Below, piece after piece: positions 50,099 through 63,128 of a stretch of DNA of 64,000 bases (position 1 is its first letter; each line of letters starts with the position of its first letter). The notes beneath the pieces are model-generated. The model ran no database searches. It was not told the origin of the DNA and saw nothing but the letters and a program-made list of their open reading frames with translations. A program made the position numbers and the translations under genes. Source of the stretch: an uncultured Acidobacteriota bacterium (GTDB taxonomy: Bacteria; Acidobacteriota; Terriglobia; Acidiferrales; UBA7541); the NCBI GenBank assembly GCA_963781995.1, contig CAWAHR010000001.1, positions 761,744 to 825,743 of the forward strand, in the 5' to 3' direction.

Positions 50099-50824
50099 AT
50101 GCAGAAGGGCAGCGGATTGATAATGGTCGCAAGCGTCGGCCTGTTATTCGCAGGAGTGGCGTTTGCACAAGCGCCGCCGGGGCCGATCGCGCCGGTGCCA
50201 TCGCAGACTTCATCGGCTGATGCGCGGCCAACTCTGCCGCCAGTGCAAATAGCGCCACGCAAGAATATTTTGGGTGCGTGGAAGCTGAATCGCGACGAAA
50301 GCGACGACCCCAAGGCCAAATCCAACCAGCGCCAGGTGAACAATCCGAGCGGCGGTCAGGGCGGATATGGGGGGCCCCACATCGGCTTCCCCGGCGGCGG
50401 AATGGGCGGAGGCGGGATGGGCGGCCCACCGCGCGGGAACGGATCGCAAAAGGACACCCCGGAAGACCGCGAACGCTACAACCAGTTGGTGGACCCTTCG
50501 GTTCGCTTGAAGCTGGAGCGAAAGGGCGACAAGGATCCGATTGTGGAGATGTTCGGCGATCAGGGGCGCAAAACGATTTTTTATACGGACGGGCACAAAC
50601 CGGATGCGCCGGCGGGAGTGGGAACGGACGTAGTGGAAGCGAAATGGGACGGCGCAAAACTGGTGAGCACGTCTCCACTGCCGAAGAAGGGGACGATGAC
50701 GCGGACGTACGAGGTTTCGTCGGATGGGTTGCAATTGTGGGAAGAGGTTGAGCTGGTGATTGGGAAGGACAAAAATCCGTCGAGGTTCCGGTTTGTTTAC
50801 GATGCGGTGGCGAAAGAGGATTAG
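50099..50824 (+). CDS. Secreted hypothetical protein with a Gly-rich insert
   Basis: Signal peptide, LGAWKLNRDESDD, GGMGGGG tract. Confidence 0.7.
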   Translation: MQKGSGLIMVASVGLLFAGVAFAQAPPGPIAPVPSQTSSADARPTLPPVQIAPRKNILGAWKLNRDESDDPKAKSNQRQVNNPSGGQGGYGGPHIGFPGGGMGGGGMGGPPRGNGSQKDTPEDRERYNQLVDPSVRLKLERKGDKDPIVEMFGDQGRKTIFYTDGHKPDAPAGVGTDVVEAKWDGAKLVSTSPLPKKGTMTRTYEVSSDGLQLWEEVELVIGKDKNPSRFRFVYDAVAKED

Positions 50825-50892
50825 GGGACGCGGAGTTCGTGAAGAGTGTTGCGAGGTTCGAAGAGGACAGGCAGGAGCGCCTGTGCCACCGA

Positions 50893-52059
50893 TCAGGCGT
50901 CTAGGATTGGCAGGGCTTGTTGAAGGTCGGCGATCAAGTCGTTGGTGGATTCCAGGCCGATGTTGAGGCGCACGATGCGGTGATCGTAAGGCGGCCGGCC
51001 GGGGATGCGGCCGATGTTGTAGGCGACGGCGAGACTGGTAACGCCTGCCCAGCTGTAACCCACCTTGAAAAGCTTCAGAGCGTCGACGAAAGCGAAGACC
51101 TGCTCTTGCGTCGGGCCAGGCTCGAACACAATGGAAAACACGCCGGAAGAGCCGAGGAAATCACGCTTCCAGAATTCGTGTCCCGGGCAGGAAGGGAGCG
51201 CGGGATGCAGGACGCGTTCAACTTCGGGGCAGTCCGCGAGCCAGTTGGCGATTTGCAGGGCGGATTTTTCGATATAGGAGAGGCGCACGGCGAGCGTTTG
51301 CAGTCCGCGCAGGGCGAGGCTGCAATCGTCGGGAGAAGTGGCGCAGCCGATCATTTGCTGCGCGGCGCCGAGGCGCTGATGGATGGCGTCATCGCGGACG
51401 GTGACGGAGCCGAGAAGCAGGTCGCTGTGGCCGCCGATATATTTGGTGACGGCTTGCATGGTGATGTCGATGCCGTGATCGAAGGCGTCGAAGAGCACGC
51501 CGGCGGACCAGGTGTTGTCGAGGACCACTTTGACGTTGCGCGCGTGGGCGGCGGCGGCGATGGCGGGAATGTCCTGGACCTCCATGGTGAGGGAGCCGGG
51601 GGATTCGGTCCAAACGAGGCGGGTGTTTTCCTGGATGAGCGCGGAAATCCCTTCGCCGATCAGCGGATCGTAAAACGTGGAAGTGATGCCGAAGCGGGAA
51701 AGAAGCTGGGTGGTGAGCTTGCGATTCGGGTAGTAGACGCTGGCGGGAACGAGGATGTGATCGCCGGCCTGGAGCAGAGCGAAATTGATCAGCGAGATGG
51801 CGGCCTGGCCTCCCGGAGCGAGGATGGTGTGCTTGCCGGATTCGAGTTCGCAGATGCGGGCGGCGAGTTCGAGGGCCGTGGGCGTGCCGTAGAGGCCGTA
51901 GGTGTAGCCGACCTTGTGCTGGTCCCAGGTGTCTTTGACAGCGGCAGCCGAAGGAAACACAGTGGTCGAGCCACGATAGACGGGCGTGGCCAGGGATTTG
52001 TAACCCTGCGGAATCTTGGCGTCCGAATGAATCAGCTTGGTCTGCCAGCATTTGGTCAT
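50893..52059 (-). CDS. metC: Cystathionine beta-lyase
   Basis: TPVYRGST, YGLYGTPT, WTESPGSLT, VLDNTW, VTKYIGGHSD (PLP lysine), GYSWAG. Confidence 0.9.
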   Translation of the reverse strand: MTKCWQTKLIHSDAKIPQGYKSLATPVYRGSTTVFPSAAAVKDTWDQHKVGYTYGLYGTPTALELAARICELESGKHTILAPGGQAAISLINFALLQAGDHILVPASVYYPNRKLTTQLLSRFGITSTFYDPLIGEGISALIQENTRLVWTESPGSLTMEVQDIPAIAAAAHARNVKVVLDNTWSAGVLFDAFDHGIDITMQAVTKYIGGHSDLLLGSVTVRDDAIHQRLGAAQQMIGCATSPDDCSLALRGLQTLAVRLSYIEKSALQIANWLADCPEVERVLHPALPSCPGHEFWKRDFLGSSGVFSIVFEPGPTQEQVFAFVDALKLFKVGYSWAGVTSLAVAYNIGRIPGRPPYDHRIVRLNIGLESTNDLIADLQQALPILDA

Positions 52060-52144
52060 GGAATGTCCCTGCTTCCTTCCGCCGTGCAGGCGGAGGGCCA
52101 GGCGAAAAGTATAACGAGGAATGGGGAAGGAGGATGAGACGGAT

Positions 52145-53787
52145 TCAGATCAGCGGTTTACGCGCCCAGAAAGTGCGGAAAAGCAGATAGACAAGCAGGA
52201 TGGAGAGCACCGCCGTGCAGAGAAGCCAACGGTAGTATGGGTTAAAAACGTAGAGAAAGAAACTCGCCGTGGAGATCAAAGAGAAAACGTTGTAGACAAA
52301 AATCCTCGCATCCGTGGCGTTGGCCAACAGGGAGTCCCGGAAGGCTCTCGCAAACGACTGATAGCTCAGGAGGAATATAAGCGACGAGAGGAATAGCACA
52401 GCCGGTGCATAGGAGGCCGAAAAGCTTAGGAGATGCTGGAAAGGTAACCGGACTTTGCGGCGAGCCAACGAACGGAGTTCGACAAAGGCAAGTCCGAAGG
52501 CGCTAAGAACGAGGCTGAGCAGCACAACAAATCCCGAGGACTGCACGGCGGCGGCCCTCCAGTTACCGCGTGGGACCCCCGCATTATCAACGTAGACTGG
52601 GCGAGTCCTGAAATGCATCCGGGCTTGGACGGAGGAAATTTGTGATGCCAGACGGTCGGCCTCCGAAAAACGGTCCGAGTTCGCATAGAGGGTGCGCAAT
52701 TCAGTTAGGCTTTTGCTGGAAATCTCCAGGCCGATGTATTTCTCGATGTCTGTTTGACTTCCCAGGGTCATCGCATCGCCGAATGCGGAAACACCGGTGA
52801 GAATGTTTTCAGCGTCGGCGCCGCTTCCGATTGACTCCAGGATTTCCGCCTGGCGAATCCGATGTTGGGCAAAGAGCCTGATGGGCGACAGCTTAGGGAT
52901 TCGTCGGGATTCCAGAAAAAAAGCCAAGGTCACCACCGAGATATCGCGGCGGCGGTTCCAGATGTCGCGCGCCAGCGCAATTCGGCGTTGTGAATAGCTG
53001 TCATAGCGCGGGGCGCGAAACGCGCGCTCCATGAGCGAGGCCCAGACAGGATCGGTCGGCAGTGAATTTTCGTCGAAGTTGACCCCGGCGCGCCGGTTGT
53101 GTTGATGTGCGCGGTGGCAACATTGTCCGCGCTAAGAAGATAAACGAACGCGTTGTCCGGATCCGATTTTCGCAGGCGCTGCATTTGATCGGCAGCTTCC
53201 GTTGCATCTTGCGGGGAAAGTTCTTGCGACGACTGGCGGCTGAAAATCCAAACGAAGGAAGGGTCGAGAGCCACGGCCCGCTTCCTGAGTTCAAGGGAGC
53301 GCTTCGCGTCGGATACGCGTAGCGCCACGAAGGCAACAGCCGCGGCATCCTTTTGTTTTTCCGCAGTTGCGGCGAGACGCTCCAGGTTCTGCTCGTCTTC
53401 CGCAGATAGCTCAAAGCCATTCCAGGTGGCGCGAACTGTGGAAACCGCTTCGCGGCCTTGCGGGAAGGAAAGCACGACGGCGGTGGCCAGCAGAAGCAGA
53501 GCAACCACGAAGCGTGGCACGCGCGGCGAAGGGGAAGCTGGTTGATCGGCGAAAGAAACGCCGGGGGGAAGTTTCAGCCACGCGAGAAAACGGGATCCCA
53601 CCGCACGCAGGAAAAAAAGCAGCCCGCCGAATATCCAACGAAATCCTTCCGACCTCCGAGTAATACTCGACAATTCCGCGGTGAGTGCGTGACCCCAAGA
53701 GCGAGAATCATCGGGCCAGAGACGCAGGGCCAGGTCGAGGCACCATTTCGCAAATCGCATCGCGCGTGAATCAGAGGGTTGCGTCAT
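52145..53787 (-). CDS. Membrane protein downstream of PadR; apparent frameshift near 53020
   Basis: N-terminal LALRLWP..RSWGHALTAEL is typical of PadR-partner proteins; TM helices at both ends; split over two ORFs. Confidence 0.65.
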
Positions 53788-53789
53788 GG

Positions 53790-54101
53790 TCAGGCCTCGT
53801 TAGTCGCTGGTTTCCAGAATTTGGCGGCGCGCGCGGCACGCAATTCTTCGCGGGCCCACTCCCTGCCGGAGCCAGTCAATCGGTACAAGTGACGCGGTGG
53901 ACGGCCGGGAGTCAGTTCCTCCTCCCAGCGGGTTTCCAGCCAGCCCAGTTTTTCGAGACGCATCAATATGGGGTACATCGTGCCGGAAGCCAGAGCGGTC
54001 CGCTGGCTGAGGGCGTAACCGTGGGACCACTGAGAGGGGTGGAGGAGCAGGGCTTCGAGGAGCAAGAGGGTCTGGCGCGAATTGCGAAGGCGAACGCCCA
54101 T
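53790..54101 (-). CDS. PadR-family transcriptional regulator
   Basis: HGYALS..T.L.SGTMYPILMRLE..GWL, RPPRHLYRLTGSG. Confidence 0.92.
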   Translation of the reverse strand: MGVRLRNSRQTLLLLEALLLHPSQWSHGYALSQRTALASGTMYPILMRLEKLGWLETRWEEELTPGRPPRHLYRLTGSGREWAREELRAARAAKFWKPATNEA

Positions 54102-54107
54102 GGTTTA

Positions 54108-54136
54108 AGTCTATCTATGTAGAGTTATTGTGTCAA
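54108..54136 (-). promoter_or_regulatory. Sigma70 promoter of padR, probably leaderless, with a palindrome in the spacer
   Basis: On the minus strand: TTGACA (54136-54131), 17 nt, TAGACT (54113-54108), 7 nt before the A of ATG. TCTA-TG-TAGA palindrome at 54114-54123. Confidence 0.7.
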
Positions 54137-54195
54137 GCCTGTTCGTGGCTTTTGTACTCACTGAGAATCCGCGATCCAACGTGCCTTGTGCTTCG

Positions 54196-54225
54196 TTGAC
54201 GGCGTGTCACGTGGGATGGTATAAA
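54196..54225 (+). promoter_or_regulatory. Sigma70 promoter of the atp cluster
   Basis: TTGACG (54196-54201), 18 nt, extended -10 TGG-TATAAA (54220-54225). Confidence 0.6.
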
Positions 54226-54323
54226 TTATTATTCTGTGAGGCGGCGCAAAGCCCACCGTACGCTCCTACCGGGTCAGGGAGTCGGTCAGGCTGCCTTCCT
54301 GAAATTATAGGCGAAACAATTTC

Positions 54324-54800
54324 ATGTCACATTTGGTTCACCAAATAGGCGAACTGTTCCTTCGGGCTGTGCCCGTAGCGGTCATCGTCCTCCTTTTTTA
54401 TTTCATCATGCGCTCGGTCTTCTTCGGGCCATTGCTGAAGGTGATGGCGGAGCGCGCCGCGCGGACGTTGGGCGCGCAGAAGGCGGCGGAAGCGGCGCAG
54501 GCAGCGGCGGCGGAAAAAGTGCGGCAGTACGAAGAAGCTCTGAAACAGGCGCGGGCCAAGGTGTACGCGGAGCAGGAAGCCGGCCGGAAGAAATTCATGG
54601 ACGAGCGCGCGGCGATTCTGAAAGACGCGCGTGGCAAATCGGATGCGGAAGTGAAGACGGCGAAAGAACGCGTGGCGGGAGAGTTCGCCGGCGCGAAAAA
54701 AGAGCTCGAAACCACCACGGGGCAACTGGCGGCGGAAATTGCGCGCCGCGTCTTGCTGGCGCCCCCGGCACCTGGGACTCCCACGAGAGAGGCGCGATGA
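54324..54800 (+). CDS. atpF: ATP synthase subunit b'
   Basis: N-terminal TM (FFGPLLKVMAER) plus coiled coil; first of two b-type genes. Confidence 0.85.
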   Translation: MSHLVHQIGELFLRAVPVAVIVLLFYFIMRSVFFGPLLKVMAERAARTLGAQKAAEAAQAAAAEKVRQYEEALKQARAKVYAEQEAGRKKFMDERAAILKDARGKSDAEVKTAKERVAGEFAGAKKELETTTGQLAAEIARRVLLAPPAPGTPTREAR

Positions 54801-55381
54801 AACGCGCGCGGAATATCTACCACAGTCTTTTTGTGCTTGCCTGCGGCTTGCTTTCCGGGACGGCGGCGTTTGGAGCGGAAGAAGGCGGCAGCCCGGTGGA
54901 ACGACCGATTGGGCTGACCTTCAAGTGGATCCACTTCGTCATTCTGGCGGCGATCGCCTACTGGCTGTTCGGGAAAGTGCTTCCGCCGTTTTTCCGCCGC
55001 AACGCGGACAACATCAGCGCGGCCATCAGCAAAGCCACGGCGGCGAAAGCGGAGGCGGAACGCAGGCTGCAGGAAGCGGTCGCGAAAATGGGCAATCTGG
55101 AACGCGAGATTGCGGAGTTCCGGGTTATGGCGCAGCACGACGCGGCGGCGGAGATCGAACGCCTGCGCGGCGCGACGGTTTTGGACGTGGAAAAGATTCG
55201 CGCGGCGGCCAGTGCGGAGATTAAAGCGGCAGAGCGCGCGGCACGCGTGGAATTGAAAGAGCTGGCGGCCAGGCTGGCCGTGGATGGCGCGGAATCGTTG
55301 GTCGCGAAACAGATGACGCCGGCGGTGCAGGAAGCAATGATCAGCAGCTTCGTGCAGAGCCTGCAGGGGAGGCCGAATTGA
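54797..55381 (+). CDS. atpF: ATP synthase subunit b
   Basis: FKWIHFVILAAIAYW TM plus coiled coil; overlaps both neighbours by 4 nt. Confidence 0.85.
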   Translation: MKRARNIYHSLFVLACGLLSGTAAFGAEEGGSPVERPIGLTFKWIHFVILAAIAYWLFGKVLPPFFRRNADNISAAISKATAAKAEAERRLQEAVAKMGNLEREIAEFRVMAQHDAAAEIERLRGATVLDVEKIRAAASAEIKAAERAARVELKELAARLAVDGAESLVAKQMTPAVQEAMISSFVQSLQGRPN

Positions 55382-55914
55382 GGTCGGCGAGCCTGCAATA
55401 CGCGACGGCCCTGGCGGACATCGCGCTGGAACAAGGCGCGGCGGAGCCGGTGCAGAAGCAATTGGAAGATTTTAGCGCGGCATACGAGGAGTCGGCGGAG
55501 CTGCGAAGCGTTTTGAGCAGCCCGGCGGTGGAGCGCACCACCAAGCACGGGGTAATCGAGAAGCTGGCGGCGCGGCTGGGCGCAAGCCGCATCATCCGGA
55601 ACTTCCTTTTTATCGTGGTGGACAATCAGCGGACGCATCTCTTGCCGGAAATTCTGCAGACTTTCGAAGCGGTGATCCGGCAGCGGCAAGGCATGGCGGA
55701 AGCGGAAGTGACGTCAGCGGCAGAACTGACAGCAGCGCAGAAAACGCAGTTGCAGCAGACGCTGGAGCGCCTGACAGGCAGCAAGATTGAAGCGAAATAT
55801 TCGCTGAATCCCGCGCTGCTGGGGGGCGCGGTGGTGCGGATCGGCGACACGATTTACGACGGATCGGTGCGCAACCGGCTGAATCAGATGCGGGCGCGGC
55901 TGACCGCGGAATAG
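55378..55914 (+). CDS. atpH: ATP synthase subunit delta
   Basis: YATAL, LLGGAVVRIGDTIYDGSVR; TTG start. Confidence 0.92.
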   Translation: MRSASLQYATALADIALEQGAAEPVQKQLEDFSAAYEESAELRSVLSSPAVERTTKHGVIEKLAARLGASRIIRNFLFIVVDNQRTHLLPEILQTFEAVIRQRQGMAEAEVTSAAELTAAQKTQLQQTLERLTGSKIEAKYSLNPALLGGAVVRIGDTIYDGSVRNRLNQMRARLTAE

Positions 55915-55935
55915 GCATTCAGGAACGGAGCAGGC

Positions 55936-57471
55936 ATGGCAAATATCAAAGCGGATGAAATCAGCAAGATACTTCGCGAACAGATCGCGAATTACGAGCA
56001 GACGGTTTCGGTGGACGAAGTCGGCTCGATCATCAGCGTGGGCGACGGAATCGCGCGCATTCATGGCCTGGAAAAAGTGATGTCTGGCGAGATGCTGGCT
56101 TTTCCGCACAATGTTTTTGGATTAGCGCTGAACCTGGAGGAAGAAGAGGTTGGTGCGGTGTTGCTGGGTGAGTCGTCGGAGTTGAAGGAAGGCGACGTGG
56201 TCAAGCGCACCAATACGATTATGTCCGCGCCGGTGGGCCCGGAGCTGATCGGGCGGGTGGTGAATCCACTCGGCATGCCGCTGGATGACAAGGGGCCGAT
56301 TGCCTCGAAGATACGGAATCCGCTGGAAAAACTGGCGCCAGGCGTTTTGGACCGGCAGCCGGTGCGCGAGCCGCTGCAGACCGGCATCAAGGCCATCGAT
56401 TCGATGATTCCCATCGGCCGCGGGCAGCGCGAGCTGATCATCGGAGATCGGCAGACGGGCAAGACCGCGGTCATTCTGGACACCATCATCAACCAGAAAG
56501 GCAGCGACATGATCTGCATTTATTGCGCGATCGGGCAGAAACGCTCGACGATTGCGCAGGTGATCAAGGCGCTGACCGATGCGGGCGCCATGGAGTACAC
56601 GATCATCGTGGCGTCATCGGCGGCGGAGCCGGCTTCGCTGCAGTACATTGCGCCGTACGCGGCTTGCGCGATGGGCGAATATTTCCGCGACAACAAGCGC
56701 CATGCGGTGACTTTTTACGACGACCTCTCGAAGCATGCACAGGCTTATCGCGAGATTTCGTTGCTGCTGCGGCGCCCTCCGGGACGCGAAGCGTTTCCCG
56801 GCGACGTGTTTTTTCTTCACTCGCGATTGCTGGAACGCGCGGCCAAGTTGAACGACAAGCTGGGCGCGGGCTCGTTGACTTCGTTGCCGGTGATTGAGAC
56901 GCAGGCCGGCGACGTTTCAGCGTACATCCCGACCAACGTGATCTCGATTACCGACGGGCAGATTTACCTGGAGTCGGATTTGTTCAACGCCGGCATTCGC
57001 CCGGCGATCAACGTGGGCATTTCGGTGAGCCGCGTGGGCGGCAACGCGCAGATTAAGGCGATGCGCCAGGTGGCGGGCAGTTTGCGGCTGGACATGGCGC
57101 AGTTCCGCGAATTGGCGGCGTTTGCGCAATTTGGCGCGGACCAGTTGGACAAAGTGACGCAGGCGCAGTTGCAGCGCGGCCAGCGGTTGACGGAAGTGCT
57201 GAAACAGGATCAGTTCGCGCCACTCTCGGTGGAAAAGCAGGTGCTGGTGCTGTATGTGGCCACCAGCGGCGGACTGGATAACATTCCGGTCGGCGAAGTG
57301 CGGCGCTTTGAAAAAGAATTTTTGCAGTTTGCGGAGACCAATTACGCGGGTGTGCTAAAGGAAATTGCGACGAAGAAGGCGCTCGACGACGGCATCAAGG
57401 CAACGATCAAGACGGCGCTCGACGGATTCAAGGAGCGCTTTACGGCCACGTTGGCGGCGACCGCGAAGTAG
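55936..57471 (+). CDS. atpA: ATP synthase subunit alpha
   Basis: [37 protein letters not shown]. Confidence 0.98.
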   Translation: MANIKADEISKILREQIANYEQTVSVDEVGSIISVGDGIARIHGLEKVMSGEMLAFPHNVFGLALNLEEEEVGAVLLGESSELKEGDVVKRTNTIMSAPVGPELIGRVVNPLGMPLDDKGPIASKIRNPLEKLAPGVLDRQPVREPLQTGIKAIDSMIPIGRGQRELIIGDRQTGKTAVILDTIINQKGSDMICIYCAIGQKRSTIAQVIKALTDAGAMEYTIIVASSAAEPASLQYIAPYAACAMGEYFRDNKRHAVTFYDDLSKHAQAYREISLLLRRPPGREAFPGDVFFLHSRLLERAAKLNDKLGAGSLTSLPVIETQAGDVSAYIPTNVISITDGQIYLESDLFNAGIRPAINVGISVSRVGGNAQIKAMRQVAGSLRLDMAQFRELAAFAQFGADQLDKVTQAQLQRGQRLTEVLKQDQFAPLSVEKQVLVLYVATSGGLDNIPVGEVRRFEKEFLQFAETNYAGVLKEIATKKALDDGIKATIKTALDGFKERFTATLAATAK

Positions 57472-57498
57472 CACCGGAGCCAAGCTTAAGCAGAGACC

Positions 57499-59828
<2,330 letters not shown>

Positions 59829-59835
59829 GACCGAA

Positions 59836-60270
59836 ATGCTCCCTGAAGCCATTCAATTGATCGTTGTGACGCCGGAGCGGCAAGTGCTGCGGGAAACCGT
59901 GGTGGACGTGGAAATTCCCGGGCTGGATGGCCAACTGGGAATTTTGCCGGGGCACGCGCCGCTGATGACGGAGTTGGGGATCGGGGAACTGTCGTACCGG
60001 AAGAGCCCGTCAAGCCAGCCCGTCACGCTGGCGGTGATCCGTGGATTTGCCGAGGTGCTGCCGGATCGCGTAACCGTGCTTGCGGAGACCGCCGAGCGCG
60101 CCGAGGAGATTGACCTGATTCGGGCAGAAGAGGCCAAGGCGCGTGCGGAGAGACACCTGACGGCTGGCGATCCCAACATCGACTGGGATCGCGCGAACAT
60201 CGCTTTGCAGCGCTCGGTGATCCGCATTCAGGTAGCCCGCAAGTACCACGGCGCCCCCATTAATTCTTAG
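59836..60270 (+). CDS. atpC: ATP synthase subunit epsilon
   Basis: VVTPER, GILPGHAPL, GFAEV, AERAEEID. Confidence 0.95.
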   Translation: MLPEAIQLIVVTPERQVLRETVVDVEIPGLDGQLGILPGHAPLMTELGIGELSYRKSPSSQPVTLAVIRGFAEVLPDRVTVLAETAERAEEIDLIRAEEAKARAERHLTAGDPNIDWDRANIALQRSVIRIQVARKYHGAPINS

Positions 60271-60350
60271 CTATTCTTGCTTCTGCTGACGTTCTTTTCG
60301 GCGATGAGACGTCAGCGCACCCAGCCACATCTAACCCACTGGAGCATTGG

Positions 60351-60605
60351 ATGGAACCCGTAACGATTTACAGCACCGGCTGGTGCCCGGACTGCCGGCG
60401 GGTGAAAAACTTTCTGAACGAGCGCGGCGTGGAATTTCGCGAAATCAACATTGAAGAAGATGAGGAAGGCGAAGAATTGGTGCTTCGCGTGAACAATGGA
60501 AAAAGAAAAGTCCCCACGCTGAAGGTTGGCGAGCGGTATTTCGCATGTAGCCCCTTCAATGCCAGGAAACTTGCGGATGAGCTGCGCATTCCGCTGAACT
60601 CCTGA
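60351..60605 (+). CDS. Glutaredoxin/mycoredoxin-like protein
   Basis: WCPDC active site, NGKRKVPT. Confidence 0.88.
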   Translation: MEPVTIYSTGWCPDCRRVKNFLNERGVEFREINIEEDEEGEELVLRVNNGKRKVPTLKVGERYFACSPFNARKLADELRIPLNS

Positions 60606-60714
60606 AGCGAATTTTAGCCGCGGCGCCTTCTTGTGTCCCCCGCCTTTGGATTCCCTGCAAATGGTTTTTGATCTTCAATCAACGGACAAAATGGACAATT
60701 GTTCAGAGATGCCC

Positions 60715-63009
60715 TCAGTGCATTATTCTTTGCAGGTAGAGCCCTTTTTTGAGCTGCGTCGTGGCCACTTGCGCGGGTGCACCGGATGGTTGCGCCGGCA
60801 CGGCGCCAAAGAAAGCGTTGATTTGTGTGATGAGCTCAGGTTTCAACTCATTCCATTCCTGGTCAATACAGGCCTTTTCCACTTCGGTGAGGTGCCAAGT
60901 GAGCGGTGGGTCCTGCGGGCAGTCCACAGGGCTGGTGCTGCCGGTCGCCTGGTTCGAAGGAACATAGCGAGCCGTGAGCGTCGCGGCCTCATATCCGCGC
61001 AGGCTGAGGATTTGCAGCAGATTGGAGCTATCCGCAATATCACGCACCTGCTGTCCTTCGGACCGGACATGAAGAATGGCATAAGCGGGAGCGATGAGCT
61101 GATACGGCCATCGGTGAGGAGTGTCCGCGGGGCCGGTCCATTGCCCGTCGGGGAAAGCGTCAATGATCAGAATGAGGATTTTTTTGTTGGCGAGCGGCGG
61201 ACGAGGAACTCCGCCCGTTGGCGGCAAATCGGGAATGGCCGCCTTGAGCCATCTGGTCAAGGTGAAAAGGCCGGAATTGTCGAAATAACCGCCGTCCACC
61301 AGGTGCTCCGCGTTCCAGGGCGTATCGGGGCGCGCAGCGGGTGAAACATACGGAAAGGCAGCAGACATCCGCACGGCCGACTCGAGATTGACATCGCGGC
61401 CCAGGTAGACCTTATGAAAGCCGTGCAAGGCGTGATTGGGATCGGTGGCAGGCAAGGGCGCCGGAAAATCCGAATTGGTGAACACGATCGGATCCCCGGT
61501 GCGCACTTCGGTTGCGTTTAACAGGATAGTTGGCCATTTCTTTTGCAATTTGGTGGAAGCTAGAGGGCGATCCATCGGCGAGAATTGCGCATTTTTGCGC
61601 AAGGCGCGTTCCAGCGCCCACCCGCGATCCGCTCCCGGCCAGAGCAGCGCGTTGATCGGCAAGATGGCGTGGCGCAAATCGGGATGCGCCAGGCCCCAGG
61701 CAACCGCTTCCAGGCTGGAATTGCGAGCGGCCAACGCGCCCTGCATATCTCCCGGCGGCGATTCCAGACAGCGAAGATAGAACATCGTTCCGACCGAGCC
61801 GCCGGAAACGCCGCTGATGGCGAGAACGCTGTCGTTAAAAGAAGATCCGAGCTCCTTGCGCAAGCCGCAGAGCACTTCGCTGGTCCAGGCGGCGGATTGA
61901 ATGCCGCCGCCCGCCGCGGCGACAACGATGACGGGGTCTTGTTTGGCGGCCAGCAGATCCATCGGATTGGGCAGCGTCGCTTCAGCGGGGCGCTCTATTG
62001 TGTGAAACGCGTGATCGGACGGCCCGAGGCGGGAAGTGAGCAGCAGGATGAGCGCGATGGGAATGAGAACGGGTATCCGGAAGCGGTCAAAATAGAAGCA
62101 AAAGGCCGACATGGTCCAGCAGGCGAGCAGCAGAAGCAGAATTAGCTGCAGCAAGACCGCGTCGTACGGCCGCAGCGGCGAGTAAGCGGCGTCGGAAGCG
62201 AGTCGATAATAAACTCCGCGCCCCGCAAAGATATAAAGGCCGAAGCATATGGCGGCCAGAAATCCGGCGAAGCGGTGCCCGGGATAAATCTCCAGGGGAT
62301 TTCCGTGCTCGTCGAAGCGCCCGTAGCCGGGGCCCAAGATACGCACACATAGCAGGCTGAACGAGCTGGAACTGGAGAGGAGGCCCTCGAGGTGCAAGCG
62401 CCGGAGAGGGCGCGCGTCGCTGAGAAGTTTCAGGCTTCGCGAAAGCCAGCCTAATTTGCGAAACAGATAAGCGATGGGCAGGGCGAACACTTCAATCTGC
62501 GGGGCGCTTCGCGGATCGGAGATCAACAGGTCCAATACAAAAATGGCCACGATGAATAAGGTGCCAAGCAGGGTGCCGAGTCCTGCCTGGATCCAGAACT
62601 GCAGCGCGATTCCAGCCGGCTTCAGGTGTGCGGCGACCATGGTTTGCTCCACCCGCAGGAGGAAGCGCAGGAAGAGGAAACCTCCACCGATATAAAGGAG
62701 AGCGACGGTCCAATTCGAGAGTGGCAGGCGAAGGGGCATTTCGGCGGCTTCCGCAATCGCCGGGAGCGGCTGTCGCAGGCCATCGACCCGATCGCCGCCG
62801 TAGAGTAGAACGAGAAAGCAGCAACTGACCGCGCCGGAGAGCAGCAGGAAAGCGGCGAAGGTAACGAAGGCGACTTGATTGAATTCCAGATCCGCCAGGC
62901 CGTGAAGCATCGGGGTTTCCAGCGCGTAGGGAAAAAACAATCCGAGCACGAGCAGCATCAGGATGGGAACGCGCATGAGGTAGAGATGCAGGAAAATGCG
63001 TCGAGCCAT
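60715..63009 (-). CDS. Multi-pass membrane protein with a C-terminal patatin-like phospholipase domain
   Basis: AAAGGGIQSAAW, GVSGGS (GxSxG), DGGYFDNSG; many N-terminal TM segments. Confidence 0.8.
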   Translation of the reverse strand: MARRIFLHLYLMRVPILMLLVLGLFFPYALETPMLHGLADLEFNQVAFVTFAAFLLLSGAVSCCFLVLLYGGDRVDGLRQPLPAIAEAAEMPLRLPLSNWTVALLYIGGGFLFLRFLLRVEQTMVAAHLKPAGIALQFWIQAGLGTLLGTLFIVAIFVLDLLISDPRSAPQIEVFALPIAYLFRKLGWLSRSLKLLSDARPLRRLHLEGLLSSSSSFSLLCVRILGPGYGRFDEHGNPLEIYPGHRFAGFLAAICFGLYIFAGRGVYYRLASDAAYSPLRPYDAVLLQLILLLLLACWTMSAFCFYFDRFRIPVLIPIALILLLTSRLGPSDHAFHTIERPAEATLPNPMDLLAAKQDPVIVVAAAGGGIQSAAWTSEVLCGLRKELGSSFNDSVLAISGVSGGSVGTMFYLRCLESPPGDMQGALAARNSSLEAVAWGLAHPDLRHAILPINALLWPGADRGWALERALRKNAQFSPMDRPLASTKLQKKWPTILLNATEVRTGDPIVFTNSDFPAPLPATDPNHALHGFHKVYLGRDVNLESAVRMSAAFPYVSPAARPDTPWNAEHLVDGGYFDNSGLFTLTRWLKAAIPDLPPTGGVPRPPLANKKILILIIDAFPDGQWTGPADTPHRWPYQLIAPAYAILHVRSEGQQVRDIADSSNLLQILSLRGYEAATLTARYVPSNQATGSTSPVDCPQDPPLTWHLTEVEKACIDQEWNELKPELITQINAFFGAVPAQPSGAPAQVATTQLKKGLYLQRIMH

Positions 63010-63128
63010 GAACGCCTCCGGCTGACGGGATGGATCACGTTGCCGCATAGAGTAACTTGAATTCGAGTTACGGGGAAGAGCGGGCTGGCCCTCCTGAGGC
63101 GGGCTGGCTTGAAAGCCAGCGTCTACAT

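Noticed and set aside
28116-53787. Programmed frameshifting or phase variation in the split genes
   Set aside because: I saw no shared slippery motif or long homopolymer at the breaks, unrelated genes are affected, and some indels compensate each other. Sequencing error is simpler.
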